A stretch of 63,998 bases of DNA, filler included, from Octopus bimaculoides (taxonomy: Eukaryota), in assembly GCF_001194135.2 (NCBI RefSeq). It is 7 parts of 7 records of this genome, joined end to end, with 100 filler letters (N's around TTAATTAATTAA, not from the genome) between each part and the next. Parts side by side here need not be neighbours in the genome. Positions count along the whole stretch, not along the records: positions 32,817 to 51,798 come from NC_068988.1; 6 more parts are not named here. One strand, given 5' to 3'. The notes below the pieces were generated by a model, which did no database searches, was not told where the DNA came from, and saw only the letters and a program-made list of their open reading frames with translations. Below, in pieces: positions 36,525-48,664 of this stretch (the stretch's first letter is position 1; every line of letters begins with the position of its first letter). The position numbers and the translations under genes are program-made.

Positions 36525-36850
36525 AAGGCATATGACTCAGTGGTTAGAGCATTAGGCTCACAATCATGAGGTAGTGAGTTCAATTCCTAGACCAGGCTGT
36601 GTGTTGTGTTCTTGAGCAAGACACTTTATTTCACATTGCTCCAGTTCACTCGGCTGTAGAAATGAGTTGTAACATCACTGGTGCCAAGCTGTATCAGCCT
36701 TTGCCTTTCCCTTGGATAACATCAGTGGCATGGAGAGGGGAGGGTGGTATGCATGGGTGACTGTTGGTCTTCCATAAGCTTGCCTGGATTTGTGCCTCAG
36801 AGGGTAACTTTCTAGGTGCAATCCCATGGTCATTCATAACCAAAGGGGTC
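36525..36850 (+). mobile_element. SINE family C
   Basis: A-box GACTCAGTGG, B-box GAGTTCAATTCC, body matches 11797-12055. Confidence 0.8.
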
Positions 36851-38622
36851 CTTTATATTTTACGTATTGACATACAGTAGCAGGACTTGCATTCTATGGC
36901 AGCTGTAGCCTGAATGTATATATAAAACCTTACAAGTTTCTGTTATCTCTACCAGGCTGGGTCAAAATCTGTTTTAATGGATTTTCACTGAGAATTTTTG
37001 ATGCATAAATTCTCTTTGTAAGTAATTTGTTTGAACTATTAATTAAAACATGAAATATGAATAAAAAACTTTTGACTCAACCTGGTAGGTGGATGGATAC
37101 TGACCTATATATTAGATGGACTTGCATCTGGCAGCAGTTGTAAGTTGGATGTGTAACATATATGCATTACAAATTTTTCAACACAAGGTGTATACTGTAG
37201 AGGAATTTGAAGCACAACATATTTTGGTATTGGATAGGGGAAATGATCATTTGAATAACAGTGATGTAATACCTTTTGAACTTCTATCTCTACTGCAGTA
37301 TCCCTCAACTACCTTACACCTCTTTTCATTTTTCAGTATCCGTTCTCACCATTGTTAACACAATCATTATTGTCACTCTAATCAACTTCCATGTCATTGT
37401 TATTATTGCCAACATCACCATTGCTATCATCGATGTCCTTGTCATTGTTACTGTCATCATAGCATAGTTGTCATCACCAGCATCATCATTGTAGTCATCT
37501 TCATTATAATGGCATTATTCTCGTCTCCATTTCGATCGTTCTCACCTCTTTCTCCCACTAATGCTCATCTTTATCTTCATGGTATTTGTTTTTCTTCATC
37601 TGCTGCTAGCACACAATATGCAGAAGGCTCGCCATGCTGTTGTGTAGATGTGTGCTGAAACTACAACATCTGCAGAGATTCCTGGATGTTGGGTAGATAT
37701 GGTTTCCCTTTGTCACTCAAGTTCTTCCACAGCTTGTCTCTTTGACAAAGCTGCAGTTATACGTCAAGCAGAGACCAAAACTGGGCACTTGGGATTTGAG
37801 ATGTTATAGGTCACTCATAGCCATTTACCAGATGGGTAACATGGTTTATAAAACAATCTAAGTTAGCTTTCTTTGAATGACTAATGATGGAGAAGAGTAA
37901 TGACATTCTTGGGGAAATTCCCAGCATTGATGATAATCAAATGGTTGGTCTATTTTAGAAAATATTTAGCTCAGAGCCTATGTTTAATTTCTGGAAGTAC
38001 TACTGGCAACCATAACTGGTTAGAGACAAATCCTACAGGTATGGAAGTGTTGACTGCTAGGCCTGCCCACAATGTGCATAGAGAGAGAGAGAGAGAGATG
38101 GAGAGGGAGAGGGAGAGGGAGGAAGGGAGGGAGGGAGAGGGAGAGAGAGAGCATTTTTCAACAGGCACTAATTCTGAGCATTGCTAACCGATGGAGTTTT
38201 GTAGAACAGCTATTTTGATGTGTAGGACAACCATTGTTGATAGCTGGATCTATCTAGCTATCAACAACAGCCGAATCCATCATGAAGATTGCTCTGCCAC
38301 CTTCCTGTAACTAAGAAGAGTAGGCAATTTTCTTCTGATGATTTTGACAAAAAGAAGTAGTATGGTGGACGTGATTCAAAAGACCGAGGAAGAATGAATG
38401 TTTTCTTCTTTGGCTGACTCGTCACTGACTTTTTCAAGGTCTTCTCAAAGAGGAATGTGAAGGTTGAGCAGAACATGTAGCCTTCCATTAAATTGGTTGA
38501 AAGGGGGATGAGAGGGATGAGCATAACCAAAATAAAAGGGCCAACACTCAATACGTACCCATAGATTGCAGAATAGAGCTGGGAGGAGGTACTTACCCTT
38601 GATAATAAGGTAACCCTAGATG

Positions 38623-39215
38623 TTGTGGAGACACGTGGTTTAGTGGTCAGGGTGTTAGACTCATGATCATAAGATTGTGGTTTCGATTCCTGGACAGGGC
38701 AACGCATTGTGTTCTTGAGCAAAACACTTCATTTCATGTTGCTCCAGTCCACTCAACTGGCAAAAATGTGTAGTCCTTGACAGACTGGTGTCCTGCCTAG
38801 GTGGGGAATTTATACACCATGAAACTGAGAAACCAGCCCTTATGAGTCAGTATGACTCAAGAAGGTGGAGGCACAATGGCCCAGTGGTTAGGGCAGCAGA
38901 CTCACGGTTGGAGGATTGCGGTTTTGATTCCCAGACCGGCCATTGTGTGTGTTTATTGAGTGACAACACCTAAAGCTCCACGAGGCTCTGGCAGGGGGTG
39001 GTGGCGACCCCTGTTGTACTCTTTCGCCCCAACTTTCTCTCACTCTTTCTTCCTATTTCTTGAGTAACACTGCGATGTTTTGGCATCCTGTCCAGCTGGG
39101 GAAAACACATACGCCATAGAAACCAGGAAACCGGGCTCATGAGCCTGGCTAGGCTTTGAAAGGGCGCATAATAATAACAAAACTAATGACTCAAGAAGAT
39201 AACTTTACCTTTTTA
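38623..39215 (+). mobile_element. nested SINEs: family D copy (38865-39185) inserted in a family C-headed element
   Basis: 13-bp TSD ATGACTCAAGAAG at 38852-38864 and 39186-39198. Confidence 0.85.
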
Positions 39216-39765
39216 TTTTTTTAACCCTAGATGTAGATCTGTGGGCTTCCTAAGTTCACTGTATGGGGTGATCTTTCTATCTGAATGCTCAGTTATATAC
39301 ATATATATCATGCATACCGTCATTTGTTTTGCTTTTTTCATTCATCCAATTTATTTGTGAATCCTTACACTTCTTGTAACCTACTTTGGTAATGTTTTCC
39401 CAATCGTTGCCCTTGTGGCAATTATAAAGAAAGAATTATTTGCCTGGGCTTGCTATGATAACAACATTCTTCATCTTCTTCCCTCTTTTTGCAATTTGCT
39501 TCTTTTAGATTTCAACTTTTCTAAAACAATTATTGAAAGGCAGTGATAAAATAATAAAAATACCTTATCCATGTTAATGCACCTGTAATTAAATAAAGAT
39601 AATTAGAAAATAAGAATGATGAAATTTCATTAAGGAACTAAGTTGTTTGAGAAGGGAGCTGTCAGTAGTGGTGAACTGGTAAAATTACTAGGATGCATTA
39701 AATTCTTTATGGAGAGCAGCCATGCTGAATAAGGTGATGAAAGAAAGAGAAACATTGCATGCTGC

Positions 39766-39768
39766 TGT

Positions 39769-39841
<73 letters not shown>

Positions 39842-39927
39842 GGTGGTGATGATGGAGACAGTGGGGGAGGATTAATGATGCTATGATGGTGATAGAGACA
39901 GTGGGGGGTGGTAGTTTTGATAATGTG

Positions 39928-39969
<42 letters not shown>

Positions 39970-40002
39970 TTTTGGATTAGCTGTAAAGAAAAGGTGATGA
40001 TG

Positions 40003-40057
<55 letters not shown>

Positions 40058-40062
40058 TGATG

Positions 40063-40130
<68 letters not shown>

Positions 40131-40240
40131 CATAATAATAATAATAATAATAACAACAACAATAACAATGATGATAATAAAAATAGTAATAATAAAAAGG
40201 ACAGCAACAACAACAACAACAACAATAATAATACAGTAAT
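39766..40240. repeat. compound (GAT)n/(TAA)n/(CAA)n microsatellite array
   Basis: Direct reading. Confidence 0.95.
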
Positions 40241-40574
40241 AATATCTGCAATGATAATTTATTTTGGAAGCATGAAGCCATAGTTCTCTAATGGAAAGAG
40301 GATTGGAAGTCTATGACACTGATGCCATTCCTAAATACATGAGCACAACTCTAGCAATGCCTTTCTAAATCTGTAACAAAGGCAAAAATTAGATAGAAAT
40401 CTTGTAGAAAACAATATTGTTGTTCCAGAAAATAGAAACAAAACTGAAGCCATTAAATATTTTGTAAATGCAACATTAAATAAACCACTAATTAGAAAGC
40501 AAACAAATGTACTCAAATGTCTGCAATACACTGATAGAAAATTTACACAAACAGGTGTGTATTGATTAAATTTC

Positions 40575-41330
40575 CATGCTAACGGCCATGTATTGATGAA
40601 ATCTTACATTAATGGTCATGTATTGGCTATATTTTAAACTATTGGTCATGCATCAATTATATTTTATAATCATGCATTGATTATATTTTATACTGATGGT
40701 CATACTTCAATTATATTTTATACTGATGGTCATGCATCAGTTATATTTTACAATTATGCATTGATTATATTTTATACTGATGGTCATGCATCAATTAAAT
40801 TTTACACTGATGGTCATGCATCAATTATATTTCATAATCATGCATCGATTATATTTTGTAATCATGCATTGATTATATTTCATAATCATACATTAATTAT
40901 ATTTTATACTGATGGTCATGCGCCAATTATATTTTTAACCATGCGTTGATTACATTTTATACTGATGGTCATGCATCAATTATATTTTACATTGATGCTC
41001 ATGCATTGATAAAATTTTACACTGATGGTCATGCATTGATTATATTTTACAATCATGCATTGATTATATTCTACAATGATGGTCATGCATTGATTATATT
41101 CTACAATGATGGTCATGCATTGATTATATTTTATACTGATGGTCATGCATCAATTATATTCTACATTGATGGTCATGCATCAATTAAATTTTACACTGAT
41201 GGTCATGCATCGATTATATTTTATAATCATGCATCAATTATATTTTATACTGATGGTCATGCATCCATTAAATTTTACACTGATAGTTATGTAGTGATTA
41301 AATTTTACACTGATGGTAGTGCATCATCAT
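40575..41330. repeat. minisatellite of interleaved 30-bp and 21-bp units
   Basis: ATTATATTTTATACTGATGGTCATGCATCA and ATTATATTTTATAATCATGCATCA-type units. Confidence 0.92.
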
Positions 41331-41512
41331 CATCATCATCATCATTTAATGTTTATGTTCCATGTTGGCATGAATTTGATGTCTTGACAGGATCCAGTGT
41401 GTCCAAGGACAGCATTATGATCCAGTGTCTGTTTTGGCATCAATTAAATTTAATACTAATGGTCATGCATAAATTAAATTTAACATTGATAGTTGTAAAT
41501 AAATTAAGTTGG

Positions 41513-42300
41513 CAATGTTGGACAAAGTAGTGGAAACACCTTAAAATTTCAAACAAATTTATTTTAATAGGTAGGTCTGTCTTTGGAAGTAATTACAGCT
41601 TGCATTCTACGAGGTCTAGATTCAGACAAAGTTTGAATTGTTTCCAAAGAAATTTTTGTCCGTTCTTCAGCTAAAACAGTCTCGAGTTCTTGTAGTGATG
41701 ATGGTGGAGGATATTGACTCCTTACTTGTTTTTCTAAAATGCACCATAAATGTTCAATAACACTGAGATTTGGGGTCTGTGGTAGCCAGATAAGATGTTC
41801 AACTTCACTAGCATGATCCCTGTGCCATTCAGTAATAACTTTAGCTGTGTGAATTGGTGCATTATCATCCTGAAAGAATGCATTTCCCTCCGGAAACAGT
41901 TCCACAACCATAGGATGAATTTAATCAGATAAAATGCTTAAATAGTCTTGACTATTAATTCTGCCATGAAGGGTAACCATTGGGCCAGCAGATTTCCAAG
42001 ATATAGCCCCCCCCAGATCATCTCAGATCCTCCTCCATGTTTAACAGTTGGAAGAAGGCAGTCTGAGTCAACTACTTCTTTTGGCTGTCTCCATACATAT
42101 ACTTGGCTAGTGGTTGGAAATAAGGTAAAAGAGGACTCATCCGAGAAAATAATATTCTTCCACTGCTCTAGGGACCAATTCTGTAGGTTTTTACTCCACT
42201 CTAAATGCTTTACAATGTTTGATTTTGAAAGTAGTGGTTTTCTGACAAACAACAGCAGTAATTTTATTCAGCTGAATACACGTCATTCATTGGTTGAAAT
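41513..42300 (-). mobile_element. Tc1-like transposon relic, DD36E spacing, 5' truncated
   Basis: IIFSDES, TVKHGGGSEMIWG, FQDDNAPIH...PNLSVIE (36 residues between D and E); TIR-like CAATGTTGGACAAAGTAGTGGAAACACC. Confidence 0.88.
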
Positions 42301-42640
42301 TACCGAAATACAACTTTAATATGAAATAACTTTGAAAATAGAAACTTTTTTCAACAACACTAAGAGTAAAAGATGCTTTATATGACACATTCTACCACTG
42401 TCCGAAGTCTGAAAGTGTTTAGTTACAAAAAATTAATTTCTCGATCTGCCGTTCATAGGGAAAAGATCCAAACATTTTGCATTTTATGCACAGTAATCAG
42501 AGTAACCTTCATAATTTTATTGAGTTAGGTGCATATTTTGCCATAAAAGGAGAATATTGCTATCAATCTATTTTATTCAGGGTAGGCTCTGCCTACCTTG
42601 CCTACCCAGGTGACACGTCCCTGATAAGAACATAGTGAGC

Positions 42641-43415
42641 TGGATTTGAGATGTGTGTGGTCATTTACTACTCTCTAAATCTGGGTATATCACTCATTTA
42701 AAACCACATAAAAAGCCAAGTGTATGCCACTCTATCCCTCCAATGCTAGGTGAGACAACATGTGCAGTGTGCAAAAAGATCTGCAAATCGTTGTTGTTGC
42801 TAGCACTCTGTCGCTTACGATGTCAAGGGTTCCAGTTGATCTGATCAACAGAACAGCCTGCTCGTGAAATTAATGTGCAAGTGGCTGAGCACTCCACAGA
42901 CACATGTACCCTTAACGTAGTTCTCAGGGATATTCAGCATGACACAGTGTGACAAGGCTGACCCTTTGAATTACAGGCACAACAGAAACAGGAAAGAAGA
43001 GTGAGAGAAAGTTGTGGTGAAAGAGTACAGCAGGGTTCGCCACCATCCCCTGCTGGAGCCTCGTAGAACTTTAGGTGTTTTCGCTCAATAAACACTCACA
43101 ATGTACGGTCTAGGAATTGAAACCGCGATCCTATGATCGCGAGTCCGCTGCCCTAACCACTGGGCCATTGCACCTCCACCTGCAAATCAATACCTGGTCT
43201 TAAAAAGGCATATGAGGGTACATAAGGATGTCATCCCACAAGTTGACCCAATAAATCCAATAGAGGACACATCTTTTGTCTGTCACATTTGCTGCAGATT
43301 GTGCAGATCTAATGCTGGACTTAAAAGTCACCTAAGGGGTCATGGATGGACGTTTGGAGCCGATGATGGTTGAGGGGTACATGGGGAGATGGCAATCATC
43401 TAGAAAGATGAAGCA
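42641..43415 (+). mobile_element. RTE-type LINE 3' end encoding three C2H2 zinc fingers, split by a SINE
   Basis: After removing the SINE and one TSD: *DVCGHLLLSKSGYITHLKPH, CAVCKKICKSIPGLKRHMRVH, CHICCRLCRSNAGLKSHLRGH; stop 43371-43373; (CAT)n-like tail. Confidence 0.75.
42790..43179 (-). mobile_element. SINE family D, full copy with 9-bp TSD
   Basis: CTGCAAATC at 42781-42789 and 43180-43188. Confidence 0.93.
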
Positions 43416-44235
43416 ATCATCATGTACGCATGAAGGTATGTATATGAACATGTATCTATGTATGTTTGTGTGAGTATATATGAAAGTATATATGCATGGA
43501 TATCTGTAAGTGTTTATGCTTGCATGCATGACTCTATACATGCATAACCACGTGAATGTATGTATATTTATATGCATGTACATATATAAATATATATGTC
43601 CATTGATACACATTTTTGGTTTAATAAATGAGAGAAAGAGCACTTAATGCAAGTATGATATATTTGCTCGTATGAAACTGGTGATTCACTCCATACAAAC
43701 ACACACCTATCCATGCATATGTATATATATATATATATGTATATATACATGCACATCCGAATAATGTGTTATATATTTGCATATTGGACATTAGACTGTA
43801 GCTACTTATATCAAAGAATTATCAACATTGAATCAATGTTTTACAAGTGGTTGAGAATGTACAGACACAAACAAAAGTTACTTAGTGAGGTGCCTATCAG
43901 ACTGGCTGTAAAAGTGTGTCTGTACACACACACACACACACGCACANNNNNNNNNNNNNNNNNNNNNNNNNNNNNNNNNNNNNNNNNNNNNNNNNNNNNN
44001 NNNNNNNNNNNNNNNNNNNNNNNNNNNNNNNNNNNNNNNNNNNNNNNNNNNNNNNNNNNNNNNNNNNNNNNNNNNNNNNNNNNNNNNNNNNNNNNNNNNN
44101 NNNNNNNNNNNNNNNNNNNNNNNNNNNNNNNNNNNNNNNNNNNNNNNNNNNNNNNNNNNNNNNNNNNNNNNNNNNNNNNNNNNNNNNNNNNNNNNNNNNN
44201 NNNNNNNNNNNNNNNNNNNNNNNNNNNNNNNNNNN

Positions 44236-44286
<51 letters not shown>

Positions 44287-44728
44287 GCACATCCGAATAA
44301 TGTGTTATATATTTGCATATTGGACATTAGACTGTAGCTACTTATATCAAAGAATTATCAACATTGAATCAATGTTTTACAAGTGGTTGAGAATGTACAG
44401 ACACAAACAAAAGTTACTTAGTGAGGTGCCTATCAGACTGGCTGTAAAAGTGTGTCTGTACACACACACACACACACGCACATGCATACATATACACATA
44501 TGTATATGAATATTTACATATACACACACACACTTATACATATGGATTAATATATATACATTGTATGTATAATATATTTAGGGATATGTGATATGTACAT
44601 ATATAAACACTTGGCATTCATTGTGCATATTTCTGAGTGTATAAACACATCAGTCACATGCTGACACAGAAAGCACTATTTGTTAAATAATATTGGATAT
44701 GTATACATAATTATACAACAACAATAAC

Positions 44729-44840
<112 letters not shown>

Positions 44841-45207
44841 CACACATACATTGTTATTTTTCTGAAAGATAATTGCCATCATAGCATGCATTTGTTTGGC
44901 CATCACTGTTTCACAACAACAAAAAATTGTGTTTGGTACTTTTCTAGATTCTTTCTGTTTTTGATAAGTTAATCATTTTGCATTTTCTTAAAGCAAGTAA
45001 TTTTATAGGTAGGGAAGCTTACTGTTATTTAATGAAATTACTCAGTTATTATTTTATCTTGTGTACTGAGAGTGTTGCTGTCATCCATCCATCTCTGAAA
45101 GCAGGAGCTGAAGTCTTCATTAGGTAAATGAAGCAGCTTGGTTTTGACCTCTTCTGCTACAATGCCAGAATTGCCTGGAGTCATTCACCAATGTGGGGGA
45201 AAAATCT

Positions 45208-45364
45208 AGGAGTGGCTGTGTGGTAAGTAGCTTGCTTATGAACTACATGGTTCCGGGTTCAATCCCACTGCATGGCACCTTGGGCAAGTGTCTTCTACTA
45301 TAGCCTCGGGCCGACCAAAGCCTTGTGAGTGGATTTGGTAGACGGAAACTGAAAGTAGCCTGTC

Positions 45365-45419
<55 letters not shown>

Positions 45420-45643
45420 CATATGTTTGTGTGTCTGTGTTTGTCCCCCCAACATCGCTTGACAACCGATGCTGGTGTGTTTATGTCCCTGTAACTTAGC
45501 GGTTCGGCAAAAGAGACCGATAGAATAAATACTAGGCTTACAAAGAATAATTCCTGGGGTCGATTTGCTTGACTAAAGGCGGTGCTCCAGCATGGCCACA
45601 CTCAAATGATTGAAACAAGTAAAAGAGAGTAAAGTAAAGAGTA
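45208..45643 (+). mobile_element. SINE family A, full copy
   Basis: Head, body, internal (TA)n(TG)n, tail. Confidence 0.92.
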
Positions 45644-45870
45644 TAACTGCACAAACTTTGTTGAGTCAGATGTAGTGACTCTGGACCAGATGTTGCTACC
45701 ATCCTCAATGCCAATTCTTACTGCACTATGCATCCTTTTTCTTGACAATTTTCTGACAATTTTCTGGCAACTTCCTTGGTCTCCTTCACAGTTAGTCAAA
45801 GAATCCTTAGTATCAAGTGAACCCTGGTTCCAACAAATCTTTTAACACCTATCTTTATAGAAAGGCACCA

Positions 45871-46170
45871 TTTTCATTTTCATTTTATCTAGTTTCAGCT
45901 CATGAGCTGTGGCCATGCTGGGGCACTGCCATTTGGTGTTGCTACATAATTTTACTTCACAAATTTTACTTCAGGAATTGACATTTGGTGCATGAGATAG
46001 TTTGATGCAGCTGCCCTCATCTGCACCTCCTGCCGTGAAGTTGGTTTATCTGGGATACTTGACAGGAAGAGGTCCAGCTTTATTTTGAAGACACCTACAC
46101 CCACCCCATGCAGGTCTCTCAGGTCTTTCAGGAGGATATTGAAAAGCTTCCATCTATTGTTTTTCACAGA
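45871..46170 (-). mobile_element. CR1/L2-like LINE 3' end including tail
   Basis: KLFNILLKDLRDL..FKIKLDLFLSSIPDKP..MRAAASN; tail CCCCAGCATGGCCACAGCTCATGAGCTGAAACTAGATAAAATG. Confidence 0.8.
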
Positions 46171-46244
46171 GTTTGTTCAACTCTTTGTTTTCTCTGTTTT
46201 TCCTGAGGGAAGTCTTTTTAATGTTTGCTTTCCAGTGTTTACAG

Positions 46245-46445
46245 GTTCAATTCTCACATTCAATTATCTTTGTGGCACAGGGCCCGCAATTTCGTTGGTG
46301 GGTGGTGGAGAATGAATTAATTACATTGACTCCAAAAGGATGACAAGCAAAGTCAAACTTGGTGGAATTTGAACTCAGAATGTAAAGATGATGAAATGCT
46401 GTTAAGCATTTTACCCAGCACAATAACGATTCTGCCAGCTCCATG
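46245..46445 (-). mobile_element. SINE family B
   Basis: GGAATTTGAACTCAGAATGTAAAG...GATTCTGCCAGCTC. Confidence 0.75.
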
Positions 46446-46744
46446 CCTCAGGCAGTCTGCTAATAATATCAAAACGTGTTCCTTTGATGAGTTGAATTTT
46501 AAAGATCAGAGTCGCTCCTAGTTCCTTTGCTTATGGATTCTAACAAATTTGATTGGCTGGTTTTATTAGATTGTATCAGGATGATATTAGTCAATTGAAA
46601 AATTTTCCATATTAAACATGTGAGGTTCAGAGTTCATTCCTACTTCATGGCAATTTGAGTAAGTGACTTTAATTTCTATTATTATTTCTGACCAAAGCAT
46701 TGTGAGTAGATTTGGTAGCCAGTCATACATACATACATACATAC

Positions 46745-47330
46745 AGGAGTGGCTGTATGGTAAGTAGCTTGCTTACCACCCACATGGTTCCGGGTTCAGT
46801 CCCACTGCATGGCACATTGGGCAAGTGTCTTCTACTTTAGCCTCGGGCCGACCAAAGCCTTGCTTGTGAATGGATCTGGTAGATGGAAACTGAAAGAAGC
46901 CAGTCGTACATATATATATATATATANNNNNNNNNNNNNNNNNNNNNNNNNNNNNNNNNNNNNNNNNNNNNNNNNNNNNNNNNNNNNNNNNNNNNNNNNN
47001 NNNNNNNNNNNNNNNNNNNNNNNNNNNNNNNNNNNNNNNNNNNNNNNNNNNNNNNNNNNNNNNNNNNNNNNNNNNNNNNNNNNNNNNNNNNNNNNNNNNN
47101 NNNNNNNNNNNNNNNNNNNNNNNNNNNNNNNNNNNNNNNNNNNNNNNNNNNNNNNNNNNNNNNNNNNNNNNNNNNGTAACTTAGCAGTTCGGCAAAAAGA
47201 GACCAATAGAATAAGTACTAGGCTTACAAAGAATAAGTCTGGGGGTCGATTTGCTTGACTAAAGGTGGTGCTCCAGCATGGCCACAGTCAAATGACTGAA
47301 ACAAGTAAAAGAATAAAAGAATAAAAGAAT
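46745..47330 (+). mobile_element. SINE family A with N gap at its internal microsatellite
   Basis: 5' half to (TA)n, gap 46927-47175, 3' half and tail. Confidence 0.9.
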
Positions 47331-47431
47331 ATATATTTATATATATATATATATATTTGCAAAAGGGAAAGAATGACTTCACTTGTAGTTCTAATCAATT
47401 TAACTTTTTAATTATATAATTTTACAGCTTG

Positions 47432-47550
47432 TGGAGGCGCAATGGCCCAGTGGTTAGGGCAGAGGACTCGCGGTCAGAGGATCGCAGTTTCGATTCCCAG
47501 ACTGAGCATTGTGTGTGTTTATTGAGCGAAGACACCTAAAGCTCCATGAG
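47432..47550 (+). mobile_element. SINE family D, 5' fragment
   Basis: GGAGGCGCAATGGCCCAGTGGTTAGGGC...GTTTCGATTCCC. Confidence 0.85.
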
Positions 47551-47601
47551 GAGCTTTATTCCCTTTATTCTTAAATGTAAATTTCTATAGAACATGCTTC
47601 C

Positions 47602-47632
47602 CTGAAGAGGTCAAATAAGACTGAAACAAGTC
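47602..47632 (+). ncRNA. hammerhead-like core without helix I
   Basis: CTGAAGA-GGTC AAATAA GACT-GAAA-CAA-GTC; flanks do not pair. Confidence 0.35.
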
Positions 47633-48282
47633 CATTGATTCTACCAGTTGGTTTTAAAAACCGGATCCACACTAATCTGTATTGCCTTTTTTTTATATAT
47701 ATACTAGTCTTGAAGCCACCCTTTGGGCAGCATTCAGGCTGCTTTGCGGCCCTCTACCCTTGTGTAATTTAATGAACTTGGACACATTCATTGTATATGT
47801 ACCTCCGGTATTAATTATCTGATACCCCATTCCAAACTCCCTACCTGACATATATCCACACACTCATACCCATACACTCAATAGTTATGCTTCACTTGCA
47901 CCCATACCTAGACCCCGATGTCCCATTAACTTGTTGTTCATTCAACACATAATGTGAATTCTATCTCTGTAACAGTGTGTTGGTGTATCGACCATTGGAT
48001 TGCTTTCTGCTGGCTTTGCCGATAGACATACAGCTAGTTTCTAGTTTGACTTACAGTTTCCTATAAGACTTACAGTTTCCTATGAGACTTACAGCTAAGT
48101 TTCTAGCATTGAAGTCACCCTTTAGGCAGCATTCAGGCTAGCTCCTGAGGAGAGCTTTTGGGAGTTTTGTAGGGTATTCAGGTAGAAAAAAACTGTAAAA
48201 TTCTGGGGCTGAAGTTCCAAGCACCAATATATAACCAGAACAGGAAGATTAGTTTTCCACCTAGACATAAGTTTTATAAACT

Positions 48283-48664
48283 AGGAGTGGCTGTGTGGTA
48301 AGTAGTTTGCTTACCAACCACATGGTTCCGGGTTCAGTCCCATTGCATGGCACTTTGGGCAAGTGTCTTTTACTATAGCCTCGGGCCAACCAAAGCCTTG
48401 TGAGTGGATTTGGTAGATGGAAACTGAAAAAAGCCCGTCGTATATATATATATATATATATATGCATGTGTGTTTGTGTGTCTGTGTTTGTCCCCCCACC
48501 ATTGCTTGACAACCGATGCTGGTGTGTTTGCATCCCCGTAACTTAGCGGTTTGGCAAAAAGAGACCAATAGAATAAGTCCTGGGATCGATTTGTTTGACT
48601 AAAGGCAGTGCTCCAGCATGGCCGCAGTCAGATGACCGAAACAAGTAAAAGAGTAAAAGAGTAT
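48283..48664 (+). mobile_element. SINE family A, full copy
   Basis: Head, body, internal microsatellite, tail. Confidence 0.92.

Noticed and set aside
37105-37194. 90-nt minus-strand segment with AG/GT boundaries
   Set aside because: All three frames contain a stop (phase 0 ends in TAG); not supportable as an internal coding exon
33699-40281. Poly-M/T, poly-I, poly-Y/H and HT/CV/YI-repeat ORFs (also throughout the window)
   Set aside because: Translations of microsatellites with no splice or domain support
27648-41330. 133-bp array and 30/21-bp array as possible CRISPR-like loci
   Set aside because: No unique spacers, no cas genes, eukaryotic context
43713-44480. Identical 220-bp blocks either side of an N gap
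   Set aside because: Exact duplication flanking a gap and bounded by microsatellites is typical of unmerged overlapping contig ends
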